64,000 nucleotides of DNA from Polyangiales bacterium (GTDB taxonomy: Bacteria; Myxococcota_A; Polyangia; Polyangiales; JBDIVX01): NCBI GenBank assembly GCA_039794305.1, contig JBDIVX010000003.1, forward strand, positions 48,606 to 112,605. Reading direction: 5' to 3'. How positions within the stretch are numbered: position 1 is the first letter of the stretch; each line of letters opens with the position of its first letter. The position numbers and the translations under genes were made by a program. Below the pieces are notes generated by a model that saw only the letters and a program-made list of their open reading frames with translations, was not told where the DNA came from and did not search any database. Positions 9,252-22,417 of this stretch are shown here, piece by piece.

Positions 9252-9692
9252 TCAGCCCAGCTCGCCCCGGCCGGTGTCTTCCGGATCGTCGACGACGGCG
9301 CGCATGCGCGTGCCGGAGCTGCGGCGGCTCGGGATCATGCGGATGCAGAGCGCGACGGCCTTGCACAGGTCCTCGGCCGTGAAGGGCTTCGACAGGAGCT
9401 TCGTGAACAGGCGCTGCTGGGAAGGCAGGACGAGGTCGACGGCGCCCGAGATCAGGACGCTCGGCGGGACGCGACCGTCGCGCTCGAGCAGCGCCGCGAC
9501 CAACTCGGCGCCGTTCATCTGCGGCATCTCGAAGTCGGTGACCAGCACGTCGACGCGTTGCTCGGCGGCCACGGCGAGCGCCTCGGCGGGGTGGGCCGCG
9601 CCCCTCACCTCGTAGCCCGCCTCCGAGAGCACACGGGCGCCGAGGCACCGGAGCGCCGCATCGTCGTCCACGAGGAGGATCGCGTATCCCAT
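9252..9692 (-). CDS. single-domain response regulator (CheY-like receiver)
   Basis: Track ORF 9252..10400 trimmed to ATG 9692: MGYAILLVDDDAALR...DVLVTDFEMPQMNG...LSKPF (DD, acceptor D and K all present). Its stop abuts the hflX stop (convergent, 0-nt gap). Confidence 0.85.
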   Translation of the reverse strand: MGYAILLVDDDAALRCLGARVLSEAGYEVRGAAHPAEALAVAAEQRVDVLVTDFEMPQMNGAELVAALLERDGRVPPSVLISGAVDLVLPSQQRLFTKLLSKPFTAEDLCKAVALCIRMIPSRRSSGTRMRAVVDDPEDTGRGELG

Positions 9693-9784
9693 CCCCCCCT
9701 GGAATACGACCACGCAGCCGCGTTGTGTAGGGGGGGCAGGCTCTTTTCTGCTGCCGACCTCTCCGGTCTGGAGGCTCGCCGTCG

Positions 9785-10756
9785 CTACTTGGGAACAGGT
9801 TTCAGGCCGACCTTGCCGTCCTTGACCACGACCTCGAAGTCGATCCGCTTGCCGCGGTGCTTCTCCTCGAGCTTCGGGAGCATCTGCTTGATGCTCTTCT
9901 CGATGGCCTCGTAGCGCACGTTGTCGACGCGCTCGTTGTTGCGTCGCCGTGCCTCGACGTAGCGGTCGTAGACGTTCCGGATGTCGAGCCCCCCGGCCTC
10001 GCGGGTGGCGCGCGACTGCCCCTTGGGCTGCGGAGGAGGGACGGCCGCCGGGGGCCGCGGGTCGGGCGGCGGCGCGAAGGAGCGGCGCTGGCCGTCGGGG
10101 CGCGCGGCGAGCGGGTCCCGTGGCTTGCCGAACGTGGCCGAGGGCGGTGACGAGGCCCGGCCCGTCTCGCTCGGCGGGTGCGACGCGCCGCGGGCCCGCG
10201 GCAGGGCGAACGGCGACAGCGAGGCGCGAGCCGGACGGGCGCTCGTGGGCGGCGCCGGCCGCGCCGGCGGCGCGCTGCCGCTCGGCGGAGCGACCGGGCT
10301 CTTCGGGGGCGGCACCTGCGCTCCCTCGTCGAGGGCCGCGAGCGCGGCGTGCACCTCCGAGTCGACGTCGATCTCGGCGACGTCGATGTCGATCTCCCAC
10401 GCCTCCGGAGCTGCGCTCTCGCGCTCGGCCCGACGCGCATCGCGCGCCTCCTCGCGGCGCTGGCGCGCCTTGATGACGTCACGCCGGAAGGTGCCCTCCT
10501 CGATCTGCCGTGCGACGCGAGACCAGTACGTGAGGTAGGTCGTGTACTTCTGGATGACCTGCTGCGTCCGGAAGCGGAGCGCCGTGTTCCGGGGCTGGGA
10601 CTTGCGCAGGAGCTGGATGCGCCGCTCGACCTCCTTCTTCGGGACCGCCGGTTCGAGCCGTTCGATGCCCTGGAAGTACTGCTCGTAGAGCGCGCGCAGG
10701 CGGTCGAGCCGTACCTCGACGTCGTGCAACAGCGCCTCGTACTCCTTCAGGTCCAT
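9785..10756 (-). CDS. conserved hypothetical protein: N-terminal coiled coil, Pro-rich linker, basic C-terminal domain
   Basis: 323-aa ORF MDLKEYEALLHDVEVRLDRLRALYEQYFQGIERLEP... with C-terminus ..RYVEARRRNNERVDNVRYEAIEKSIKQMLPKLEEKHRGKRIDFEVVVKDGKVGLKPV. It resembles a myxobacteria-restricted family from memory only; not verified. Confidence 0.75.
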   Translation of the reverse strand: MDLKEYEALLHDVEVRLDRLRALYEQYFQGIERLEPAVPKKEVERRIQLLRKSQPRNTALRFRTQQVIQKYTTYLTYWSRVARQIEEGTFRRDVIKARQRREEARDARRAERESAAPEAWEIDIDVAEIDVDSEVHAALAALDEGAQVPPPKSPVAPPSGSAPPARPAPPTSARPARASLSPFALPRARGASHPPSETGRASSPPSATFGKPRDPLAARPDGQRRSFAPPPDPRPPAAVPPPQPKGQSRATREAGGLDIRNVYDRYVEARRRNNERVDNVRYEAIEKSIKQMLPKLEEKHRGKRIDFEVVVKDGKVGLKPVPK

Positions 10757-10781
10757 CTCGGGCTCGTGTTGCGCCCTCTCG

Positions 10782-11456
10782 TCAGAGCGGCTCGATCCGC
10801 AGGTTGTCGAACCAGAGATCGGTCTCCCAGTTGTTGAACGCGAAGTACTCGTGACCCCGCCCCTCGAGGGGCTCGGGATCGGTCATGGAAGCGAGCTGCT
10901 GATCGTCGGCCCAGGCGGTGATGGTGTCGCCGCGCCGCTCGATCTTCATGTGGTACACGTGCCCGGGCTCGACGGGCCGCCGGGGGCCGACCGCGCGGTC
11001 GTCCGCGTGCTCGTCCATGCGCGCGATGATGTTCAGCGAGTTGCCCCAGCCGCCGAAGATCACGACGTAGCTCGTCGCCGTGTAGCTCTCGGCCGTGGCG
11101 CGCGAGGTCCCGTCGCCGAAGAGCTCGACCTTGATGTCCCCCTCGGGCGACTCGCTCTTCACGTCGAACGTGACGCGCACGTCCCGGGGCAGCCGGCGGC
11201 GCAGCCACAGCGGCCGGTTGCGCGCGCCGCGCACGTTGAGCCAGCCGTCGCGGAGCCGGTAGGGCCCGCCGGTGTTGTGCCAGGCGTCCCCGAGGCTCGA
11301 GCGCTCGAAGTCGTCCGTGAAGCCGTCGGGCCCGATGGCGGGGTCGCCCTGGGGCGTGCAGCCGTAGAGGGACCCGAGCAGGATGGCAAGAATCGCGGCC
11401 CTCGGCGGGAAGCGGACGGACACCGCTCGGGCGCGGACGATCGCGGACGCAGACAC
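10782..11456 (-). CDS. lipoprotein with ConA/LamG-like (DUF1080-like) domain
   Basis: Lipobox LGSLYGC. The body (FTDDFERSSLGDAWHNTGGPYRLRDGWLNV...VVIFGGWGNSLNII...YFAFNNWETDLWFDNLRI) looks like a concanavalin-type beta-sandwich. Fold call is inference. Confidence 0.7.
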   Translation of the reverse strand: MSASAIVRARAVSVRFPPRAAILAILLGSLYGCTPQGDPAIGPDGFTDDFERSSLGDAWHNTGGPYRLRDGWLNVRGARNRPLWLRRRLPRDVRVTFDVKSESPEGDIKVELFGDGTSRATAESYTATSYVVIFGGWGNSLNIIARMDEHADDRAVGPRRPVEPGHVYHMKIERRGDTITAWADDQQLASMTDPEPLEGRGHEYFAFNNWETDLWFDNLRIEPL

Positions 11457-11501
11457 GACCGCATGTGTAGCAGAGTTTCCTCGATCTTCCGATGGCCCGC
11501 T

Positions 11502-12446
11502 TCAGCGGTGCGCGGCGCGCTGGAGCGCGGTCTGCACGTTGCTCATCGCGCTGCGGACGGCGCCCTCGAGGGCCTGGGCGGCGAGGCGTTGCTCCTGATC
11601 GCGGCGGGCGCGGCGGCGGGGCTCGCTGCCGGAGGCGGCGCCGCGGAGCTCGCCCCGAAGGGCCTGCTCGGGGTGGTCCATCAGGACGAGGGAGACCTCG
11701 CAGCGAACGGCGAGGTCCCCGCCCCGCATCCGGCGCTGGACGGAGACCACGTTGCCGTCCACGCGGAGCCGGGGGATGCGCCTGCGGCGGATCTCGCGCT
11801 CCGCCCGGGGCTCGACGGAGGACGGATTCGGCATGACCGCGACCTGCCGCATCAGGGTCAGGTTGCGGCCGACCTCCGAGCGCAGGAGCCGCGCCATGTG
11901 GTCGCCTCCGAACCGGCTCTGGTTGTTCATCTCGCCGAGGAAGACGACGTAGCGGATGCGCGGCCAGCGGATCTGGTCCTCGGTCGGGATGACCGTGATC
12001 GCCGGGAAGCGCGTCGCCGTGGCGCGCGGCGTGCGGGCCGCCGGCAGGTCCGGCTCGCGCGCGCCGCCCTCTTCGATGACGCGGAGCGAGGCCGACGCCT
12101 GCAGCCGCACCGCCGCCGACGAGTCACGCTGCGCCTGGCGCAGGGCGGGGAGCGCGCGGGCCGAGCCGATGCGCCCGAGGGCGGTGGCGGCCGCGGCGCG
12201 CACCGCCGGGTTCGAGTCGGAGAGCGCGCGCGTCAGGTGCGGCACCGCGGACTCGTCGCGCGTGTTGCCGAGCGCGAACGCCGCCTGCACACGCACGCGG
12301 AAGTCTCCGTCGCCGTTCAGGACCCGGATGAGCCTCGCCTTGTCTTGCGCGTGCGTCGAGACGGCCACCGGCAGCGTGCTCGCGACCAAGAGGCCGACCA
12401 CGACGGCGAGCGACCGCCGATGACGTCTGTGGGGCACTCGGTGCAT
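11502..12446 (-). CDS. HEAT-repeat protein with N-terminal signal/anchor
   Basis: Track ORF 11502..12503. I prefer ATG 12446 (MHRVPHRRHRRSLAVVVGLLVAS..) because a hairpin lies at 12485-12511. HEAT/PBS-lyase-like repeats: VRVQAAFALGNTRDESAVPHLTRALSDSNPAVRAAAATALGRIGSARALPAL. Confidence 0.75.
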   Translation of the reverse strand: MHRVPHRRHRRSLAVVVGLLVASTLPVAVSTHAQDKARLIRVLNGDGDFRVRVQAAFALGNTRDESAVPHLTRALSDSNPAVRAAAATALGRIGSARALPALRQAQRDSSAAVRLQASASLRVIEEGGAREPDLPAARTPRATATRFPAITVIPTEDQIRWPRIRYVVFLGEMNNQSRFGGDHMARLLRSEVGRNLTLMRQVAVMPNPSSVEPRAEREIRRRRIPRLRVDGNVVSVQRRMRGGDLAVRCEVSLVLMDHPEQALRGELRGAASGSEPRRRARRDQEQRLAAQALEGAVRSAMSNVQTALQRAAHR

Positions 12447-12484
12447 CGTGCGAAGGAGCAGGGCTCGGACATCCATCTTGCGAA

Positions 12485-12511
12485 GTGGGGCACGATGGGT
12501 CAATGCCCCAC
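12485..12511 (-). terminator. putative stem-loop terminator after the OmpA/TSP3 gene
   Basis: gtggggca-N11-tgccccac, a perfect 8-bp GC-rich stem 39 nt downstream of the stop at 12550. Only a weak U-tract on the minus strand. Confidence 0.35.
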
Positions 12512-12549
12512 GGCGGATCTCTTCCGGGACGCTCGGCGGCGCGTGCTAT

Positions 12550-14421
<1,872 letters not shown>

Positions 14422-14498
14422 TTGGATGGCCTCGTCGGCGCGAGGGTACCCCAACCCGCCGTGCCGTGGGCGAGGCGACGGTGCTATCGTTGGCACGC

Positions 14499-14872
14499 AT
14501 GGGCGATCCGCCGCATTTTCGGCGCTGTCGGCGGCAGCCGATCACGCTGCGCGTGCAGTTCCGCAGGGACGATCCGGCCGCCGCGCTCGAGCACGCCGGG
14601 ACCCTCTCGGACGTGGGCATCGGTGGCGCGTTCGTGGCCACCGACGTGCCCCCGCCCGTGCCCGTGGGGGCACGCGTGCGGCTCTCGCTCTCACCTCCGA
14701 CCTCCTGGGATCCCATCGAGATCTCGGCGACGGTGCGGTGGATCTCGGACGGCCGCGGCGAGCCGGCCGGCTTCGGTGTACGCTTCGAGGCCCTGAGCGG
14801 AAAGGAAGCCGCGGCCCTCTACGAGCTCGTGCACGCGAGCGCCTACGCAGAGTCGGCGGAGTCGGAGTCGGA

Positions 14873-14876
<4 letters not shown>
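14499..14876 (+). CDS. PilZ-like domain protein
   Basis: Track ORF 14466..14876 trimmed to ATG 14499: MGDPPHFRRCRRQPITLRVQF...GTLSDVGIGGAFV. An RxxxR motif is present. The D/NxSxxG motif is imperfect (T in place of D/N). Confidence 0.7.
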
Positions 14877-16564
<1,688 letters not shown>

Positions 16565-16565
16565 T

Positions 16566-17267
16566 GTGACCGACCGGCGACGGCACCGGGGCCCGGCGCC
16601 GCAGGACGACCGGCTGTTCGGCGCCGCGCGCGTCACGGTGCTCCGGCGGGCCGTCGAGGAGATGGGCTGGCTGCTCTCGCGGGGCTACCCCGAGGCGGCG
16701 GCGCTCAAGCTGGTGGGCGACCGGCACGACCTGACCGCGCGCCAGCGAAAGGCGGTCCGGCGCAGCGCTTGCAGCGACGCGGCGCGCGACGACCGGCGGG
16801 CGCGGAGCCTCGGTCCCGGTGAGCTCCGGGGCCGCTCGGTCGACGTGGACGGCTTCAACTGCATCATCCTGTGCGAGTCGGTGCTGTCCGGCGCGCCCGT
16901 GTTCGTGGGCCGGGACGGCGCGCTCCGCGATCTCGCGAGCGTGCACGGGACGTGGCGCCGGGTGGCCGAGACGGCGCGCGCGGTCGAGGCTCTGACCGCG
17001 CTCCTCGGGCGCGCGGGCGCGGCGGAGGTCACCTGGTGGCTCGACCGCCCGGTCTCGAACAGCGGACGGCTCGCGCAGGCGCTCCGGGACGCGGGAGCCG
17101 CCGACGTGCGGCTGGTCGCGCACGTCGACCGCCGCCTCGCCGAGGGCGAGGACGTCGTCGCGAGCGCGGACGCGTGGGTGCTCGACCAGTGCGGGGCGTG
17201 GGTGGATCTCCCGCGCGCGGTCCTCGACGCCTCGGCGCCGGAAGCCTGGCTCGTCGATCTCTCCTGA
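16566..17267 (+). CDS. DUF434-like N-terminal region fused to NYN/PIN-like putative ribonuclease domain
   Basis: GTG start 1 nt after the kinase stop. N-terminus LSRGYPEAAALKLVGDRHDLTARQRKAVRR (recalled DUF434 signature). C-terminus VDVDGFNCIIL ... LDRPVSNSG ... VVASADAWVLD resembles the DG(Y/F)N...SxD pattern of YacP/NYN nucleases. From memory, not searched. Confidence 0.65.
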   Translation: MTDRRRHRGPAPQDDRLFGAARVTVLRRAVEEMGWLLSRGYPEAAALKLVGDRHDLTARQRKAVRRSACSDAARDDRRARSLGPGELRGRSVDVDGFNCIILCESVLSGAPVFVGRDGALRDLASVHGTWRRVAETARAVEALTALLGRAGAAEVTWWLDRPVSNSGRLAQALRDAGAADVRLVAHVDRRLAEGEDVVASADAWVLDQCGAWVDLPRAVLDASAPEAWLVDLS

Positions 17268-17372
17268 ACGCCGCCGGGTGTTTCTCACTTCTTGAGGCAG
17301 CTGTGGACGCTCGTACCTCCTCGCCACGCACAGTCGCTGCAATCGCGCCGCACGAATCCCGAGAGAAGTGAG

Positions 17373-17388
17373 CGGCACGTGTCGTGCT
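17373..17388 (+). promoter_or_regulatory. candidate sigma-54 (-24/-12) promoter
   Basis: cGGCACGtgtcgTGCt versus consensus TGGCACG-N4-TTGCW. GG (17374-5) and GC (17386-7) are exactly 12 nt apart. Lies 65 nt upstream of the lipoprotein start at 17453, in a 185-bp lower-GC gap. Confidence 0.35.
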
Positions 17389-17452
17389 TTGGCGACGCCA
17401 GAACCAATCCGTACGCCCTCGCGAGGGGGGGCCGGTCGAGAGGGAGGCTTCC

Positions 17453-18358
17453 ATGCGTCGATTCCGGAGCGCGGCATGCGCCGCAGTCCTGCTAGCGTCC
17501 TTCGGTGCCTGCACGACCGAAGCACCGAACGCGCGACACGAGGAGCTGTGGGTGGAACCCGGCTCCGAATGCCAGATCCAGTACACACCGCTGAAGTCGG
17601 GCACCGAGTACCGCGGTGCCGTCGACGTCATCAACACCGGGACGGACCTGATCGTCGAGGTGCGTCGCAGCGACGATTGGATGATCGAGTCCGCGACGCT
17701 CTACCTCGGGACGGGCTACAAGCCGACGAGCGCGTGGATGCTGCCCTTCCAACACGAATTCACGGGCGGCCCGGTGGAGGTCACGACCTTCACCATCCCG
17801 CTCACGGATCTCGCATCGTGTGGAGACGAGCTGTGGCTCGGCGTCTCGGCCGTCGTCGTACGCGGCTACGAACGCGAGACGGCGTGGGCCAAGGACCCGG
17901 ACTGTCCGCCGGGCACCTCGACCGAGGGGCAGACGTTCTCGTACGAGATCTGTTGCGAGCCGAAGGACGGCGACAAGGGCTGCGTGCGCACGCAGGGCTA
18001 CTGGAAGCGGCATCCGTACGACTGGCCCGTCTGGGAGCTCGAGATCGGCGGGGTGACGTACTCGAAGGGAGACCTCATCGACCTCCTCGAGATGTCCCCC
18101 AAGGGAGACGCGAGCCTGATCCTCCTGAAGCAGCTCGTCGCGGCGATGCTCAACGCAGAGTCGGGGGCCGCGGTGCCGTGGGAGGTCCAGGACGCCATCG
18201 ATGACGCACAGGAGTGGATGGCGAACAACAAGGACGGCGACGGCGAGCTCCCCTACGGGGTGCACGCGAGCTCGAGCGCGGGCCAGGAGGCGATCGACAT
18301 CAAGGATGTCCTCGTCGAGTACAACGAGGGCCGCGCGGGCGTGCCGAGCTGCCGCTGA
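17453..18358 (+). CDS. lipoprotein, function unknown (301 aa)
   Basis: Track ORF 17384..18358 trimmed to ATG 17453, preceded by gagggagg (RBS). MRRFRSAACAAVLLASFGACTTE (lipobox SFGAC). Cys-rich middle (EICCEPKDGDKGCVRTQGYWKRHPYDW). Confidence 0.75.
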   Translation: MRRFRSAACAAVLLASFGACTTEAPNARHEELWVEPGSECQIQYTPLKSGTEYRGAVDVINTGTDLIVEVRRSDDWMIESATLYLGTGYKPTSAWMLPFQHEFTGGPVEVTTFTIPLTDLASCGDELWLGVSAVVVRGYERETAWAKDPDCPPGTSTEGQTFSYEICCEPKDGDKGCVRTQGYWKRHPYDWPVWELEIGGVTYSKGDLIDLLEMSPKGDASLILLKQLVAAMLNAESGAAVPWEVQDAIDDAQEWMANNKDGDGELPYGVHASSSAGQEAIDIKDVLVEYNEGRAGVPSCR

Positions 18359-18370
18359 GCGGGTGATACG

Positions 18371-18474
18371 ACGGGAGGGTGACCGGGAAGAGGCCCGCGC
18401 CGGCGGGGAGGGATTTGCGCGAGGGTTTGTGAGAATCCCCGCCGGCACGAACGCCCTACCCGGTCACCCTCCGT
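18371..18474. terminator. nested long inverted repeat in convergent gap (putative bidirectional terminator)
   Basis: Outer arms ggagggtgaccggg (18374-18387) and cccggtcaccctcc (18459-18472). Inner arms gccggcgggga (18399-18409) and tccccgccggc (18436-18446). The right outer arm overlaps the metalloprotease stop codon (18464-18466). Confidence 0.4.
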
Positions 18475-21400
18475 AGGTCAGGAGCCAGCTCAGCCGGCGC
18501 ACCACCTCGACGTTGTCCATGAACCGCCGGAGCTCGCCGGCGGCGCCCGCCTCCTTGAGCGCCTTCGCGTGCATGAGCATCTGGGCGCCCACGCCGGTCT
18601 CGCGGCCCTCGTCGTCCTCGTAGGACGCGGCCACGTAGGTGAGGCCGCTGCCCGGGTCGGTGAACTCCACTAGATCGAGCCCGGAGTCGGGCGAGACGTC
18701 CACCCCGTCCGGCCCGCCGCGCACGAAGATGCGCGAGCTGTGCGCGAAGGTCTGGTCGAACGTCTCCGGGATCATCGCCATGCCGTAGGCGGCCCCGAAG
18801 AGCTGGATCGAGAAGGACGCGTTCGGGTCGAGCGGGACGCCCGACATGTCTCCGTGCTCGATCTCGAGGGGGTCCGGGTAGTCGAGCCGGCTCGAGCTCC
18901 ACCGAGGCGCGATGGTGCTCCAGTCCTCACCGAGCAGCCCGCGGAAGAAGCTCGTGAGCGACGGCGCGAAGGACGAGTAGTAGCTGATCTGGTAGCGCCG
19001 GACGTCGGCCGCGGTGTCGCGCCCGAGGAAGTGCGTCTCCGGGTCGACGAGCACGCCGAGCGCCAGGATCTTGTCGTAGTAGTAGCCGGCCCGGTCGAGC
19101 TGATCGAACCAGAAGTAGCCGGCGTCGAAGTTCCACGTCGTCTCGAGCGCCCGGCCCTCGAAGGGATCCACCGTGATGCCTCCCCCGAAGAAGCCGCCGC
19201 CGCCCGGGAGGTAGGCCGTGATCCCGTCGCCGCGGGTCGACTCCACGTAGCTGCCCGGCTCGGGCACGGTCACGACGCGCGTGAACAGCTCGTAGCCGGC
19301 GCCCACCGCGCCGGTCCACGCGCCCATGCCCTCCTGGCCCGTCCAGAACGGGTGCGTCCGGTCCGACAGCTCGGGCCAGATGTCGGCGAGGATGCCGCGG
19401 AAGAGCGAGTAGATCTGGTTCGCGTACTGGGCCTTCGCGAAGTATCGCGTCAGGATGCGCTCGGCGTACGACGAGGTGTCGAACCCGAGGCGCTCGCGGC
19501 TGAAGGCGTTGAAGACGTAGTAGTTCCAGTACGTGTCGATGACCGACTGGATCGTCTCGTAGGCGTCGGCGCCCGCGTCGTAGCGGAGGCAGTCGGGGCC
19601 GAGGTCCGCCTGCTCGTCGCTGCAGAAGAGGTAGGGCACGACGGGGCGGCCGGCCGCGTCCTGCAGCGGATCGCGGATGCCCTGGCTCGCGAGGAAGCTG
19701 TCGGCCTCGAGGCTCGTGTAGGGCACGTCCGCGCGCATCTCGAGCTTGTCGATGCCGCCGACGATCTCGGGGTAGTCGGTGTAGGCGTAGGCCGCGGGGC
19801 TGCCCGATCCGGTGAAGGACTCGAGCTTCAGCGCCACGGGCCAGCCCTGGCGCAGGATGAAGCTCATCCAGTTGATCGTGCCCGGGTCGGCGGCGTCGGT
19901 GAACACCTCGACGAGGTCGCCGTAGCCCATCTTGATCGCGGCCACGTCGTAGTGGCCGATGCCCTCGGCGTCGGTGACCACGAAGTTGTTCCCGTAGTCC
20001 ATCACGGTCGAGTACTGGTACTCGCGGATGCGGCCGTCGATCTCGGCCTCCGTCATCGGGTCCCAGGCGCGCGGGGCCATGTGGCCGTCGTCGCGCAGCT
20101 CCCAGTACCTCGGGTGGTAGTTCAGGGAGTCGTAGCTGCCGCTGAAGTTGTGGCGCAGCCCGATGGTGTGGCCGACCTCGTGCGCGGTGACCGCGTCGAA
20201 GATCGGGTGCATGAGCATGGTGCGGACCGCCTCGTAGTCGAGGGCGCCGCTCTCGTCGACGATGGGGTAGTCGTGGCCGTACCAGCTCATGACACCGTCG
20301 CCGCCGTCCGCGGCCTGCTTGATCGCCCGGGCGAGGCCGACGAGGCCGTCGTCCGCGAAGTCGGCGTTGAGGATGCAGGACTGCCGCTGGATCTGCTGGC
20401 GCGCCCGCTCGAGCGCCACGATGTGGCGCGGGTTCATGCCGCGCAGGGGCGAGGCAGCGTCGAGGATCGAGTCGTTCACCTCGAGGAAGGGATCGATGCC
20501 GGCCGCGAGCCGCATCTCGGGCCCGGTGAGCAGCCGCTCGATGTCCGTCCCGACGAGGTTCGACAGGCGCGCCGCGGCGCGGTCGTCGCCCGTGCCGAAG
20601 GCGCCCCCCCGCTCCAGCGTCTCGCGCGACGCCTCGGCGCGCTCGAGGAACTCCGCGACGCTGGCGGGCGCCCGCGCCTCGCCGAATCGCGCCGTCCCGA
20701 GCTCGTCGACCCAGGAGAAGTCCATCGCCTCGGCGACCCGGTCGAGGTTGAAGCCGTCGACGTCGATGACGTGGTCGTCGGCGGGCCGGCCGGTGACCTC
20801 CGAGCCCGCCGTCTCCATGCGCCGCACCCACGCCTCGACGTGCTCGCCGCTCATGATCTCGCTCTCGGTGCGGTCGCCGTTCAGCAGCGCGACGATGTCC
20901 ATCGCGAAGGTCGCGAGGTTGTCGATGCCCGCGCCGTACACGAACGCGTTGCCCATGATGATCTCGCCGGTCTCCGGATCGGCCGCGGAGGGGCCGTAAC
21001 CGAGCGGGCTGAACGCGTGGGGCTCGTTCACCCAGCCGATGAGCGAGTGCCGGAGGTCACCGATCTGCGCCGAGGTGCCCGGCTCGCCGCAGGCGGCGTG
21101 ATCGCCGTCGGCGACGGGGTTGTGGCAGAGGACGAAGAGCCGGTCCTCGAGCTCGCGCTCGCTCGCACAACCGCCGGCGTCGCCGCCGTCGGCGAGGCAC
21201 TCGGTCTCGCGCAGCGACGCGACCGTCTCGGTGAAGGCACGATCCCACTCCTCGACGAGGTGCTGCGCGTCCGGCTCGAGCTGCTCCGGGAAGCTCTGCG
21301 AGAGGTGGTAGGCGATGGGCCGAAGCTCGCGCTCGCGGTACGGGATCGTGCAAGCGCCCTCCTGCGCCCCGCCGGCGAGCGGCCAGCGGCGCGCCTTGCC

Positions 21401-22417
21401 GAGGTCCACGTCGCACACCGAGCCGCCGCCGCCGCAGTCCGCGTCGGCGGTGCAGCGGACGAGCTCGCCCTCGCCGTCGCGACGGTGGCTCTCGGCCCAG
21501 ATGTTGTGGCGGTTCGCGAAGCGGAACCGCGCGGGCTCGACCACTCCGTAGTGCGGATCGTAGCCCGCGCGCTCGGTCACGAAGTACCCGAAGCGCTCCA
21601 TCCGGTCGCCCGTGTACTCGAACGGCTGGTAGTCGCGCGCCTCGTCGACCTTGAGGAAGCTGTTGCGCACGGTGATCTCGCCGGGCGCGCAGTCCATGTG
21701 GCTCTGATAGAGCAGGTAGCAGGACGGGATGTCGCCGAAGCCCTCGATGTGCACGCTCTGGGGGCGCACGAACATCTTGTTGACGACGTCCATGTAGTAG
21801 ACCTCGTCCTCGCCCTCGCGCGTGAGGAACTTGGGGCGGTGAGGGTGATCGGCGTCGAGGTCCTGCACGTAGTAGCTCACCGGCTCCATCTGGATGCCGT
21901 CGAAGAGCTTGGCGAGGACCAGGAACTCGTTGTCGGTGATGAGGTTCTGGGACCAGTCGACGCGCATGAAGGTGCGCTCGTGCCAGGGCCGGTCGTAGGA
22001 GTTCTCGACGATGACGTTCATCTCCTCGCCGGTGACCGGGTTGTACTCGCGCCGGATGTCGAAGTGCGACTCGATGCGGTACATGGCCACCGCGGCGCCG
22101 CGCTCGGTCGCGCCCGCGATGCCCTCTTCCTCCGCGCCCGCGATGTGCTCGTAGCTGCGGCGGGCGATCAGGAAGTCCTCCTGGATCTCCCAGACGATCT
22201 TCTCGAGCGAGCCCTGCTCGCCGACGAACGTGTACCCCGCGCTGTACGGCGTATCGATGACGGTCTGGAGGAAGTACCACTCGCCGTCGAAGGCGCTCTT
22301 GTCGACCACGTTCGGCTGCACCCGGTTCACCGCCGGGGCGGCCTCGTTGCAGCCCCAGACACCCGTGACCAGGGCCCCGAGCGCGAGCGGGCCCATCCAT
22401 CGAATCGAAGCGCGCAT
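18464..22417 (-). CDS. large zinc-dependent metalloprotease lipoprotein (HEXXH, met-zincin-like; 1317 aa)
   Basis: Track ORF 18464..22468 trimmed to ATG 22417 with upstream ggaggag RBS. MRASIRWMGPLALGALVTGVWGCNE (lipobox). Active-site motif AVTAHEVGHTIGLRHNF...STVMDYG. Confidence 0.9.
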   Translation of the reverse strand: MRASIRWMGPLALGALVTGVWGCNEAAPAVNRVQPNVVDKSAFDGEWYFLQTVIDTPYSAGYTFVGEQGSLEKIVWEIQEDFLIARRSYEHIAGAEEEGIAGATERGAAVAMYRIESHFDIRREYNPVTGEEMNVIVENSYDRPWHERTFMRVDWSQNLITDNEFLVLAKLFDGIQMEPVSYYVQDLDADHPHRPKFLTREGEDEVYYMDVVNKMFVRPQSVHIEGFGDIPSCYLLYQSHMDCAPGEITVRNSFLKVDEARDYQPFEYTGDRMERFGYFVTERAGYDPHYGVVEPARFRFANRHNIWAESHRRDGEGELVRCTADADCGGGGSVCDVDLGKARRWPLAGGAQEGACTIPYRERELRPIAYHLSQSFPEQLEPDAQHLVEEWDRAFTETVASLRETECLADGGDAGGCASERELEDRLFVLCHNPVADGDHAACGEPGTSAQIGDLRHSLIGWVNEPHAFSPLGYGPSAADPETGEIIMGNAFVYGAGIDNLATFAMDIVALLNGDRTESEIMSGEHVEAWVRRMETAGSEVTGRPADDHVIDVDGFNLDRVAEAMDFSWVDELGTARFGEARAPASVAEFLERAEASRETLERGGAFGTGDDRAAARLSNLVGTDIERLLTGPEMRLAAGIDPFLEVNDSILDAASPLRGMNPRHIVALERARQQIQRQSCILNADFADDGLVGLARAIKQAADGGDGVMSWYGHDYPIVDESGALDYEAVRTMLMHPIFDAVTAHEVGHTIGLRHNFSGSYDSLNYHPRYWELRDDGHMAPRAWDPMTEAEIDGRIREYQYSTVMDYGNNFVVTDAEGIGHYDVAAIKMGYGDLVEVFTDAADPGTINWMSFILRQGWPVALKLESFTGSGSPAAYAYTDYPEIVGGIDKLEMRADVPYTSLEADSFLASQGIRDPLQDAAGRPVVPYLFCSDEQADLGPDCLRYDAGADAYETIQSVIDTYWNYYVFNAFSRERLGFDTSSYAERILTRYFAKAQYANQIYSLFRGILADIWPELSDRTHPFWTGQEGMGAWTGAVGAGYELFTRVVTVPEPGSYVESTRGDGITAYLPGGGGFFGGGITVDPFEGRALETTWNFDAGYFWFDQLDRAGYYYDKILALGVLVDPETHFLGRDTAADVRRYQISYYSSFAPSLTSFFRGLLGEDWSTIAPRWSSSRLDYPDPLEIEHGDMSGVPLDPNASFSIQLFGAAYGMAMIPETFDQTFAHSSRIFVRGGPDGVDVSPDSGLDLVEFTDPGSGLTYVAASYEDDEGRETGVGAQMLMHAKALKEAGAAGELRRFMDNVEVVRRLSWLLTYGG

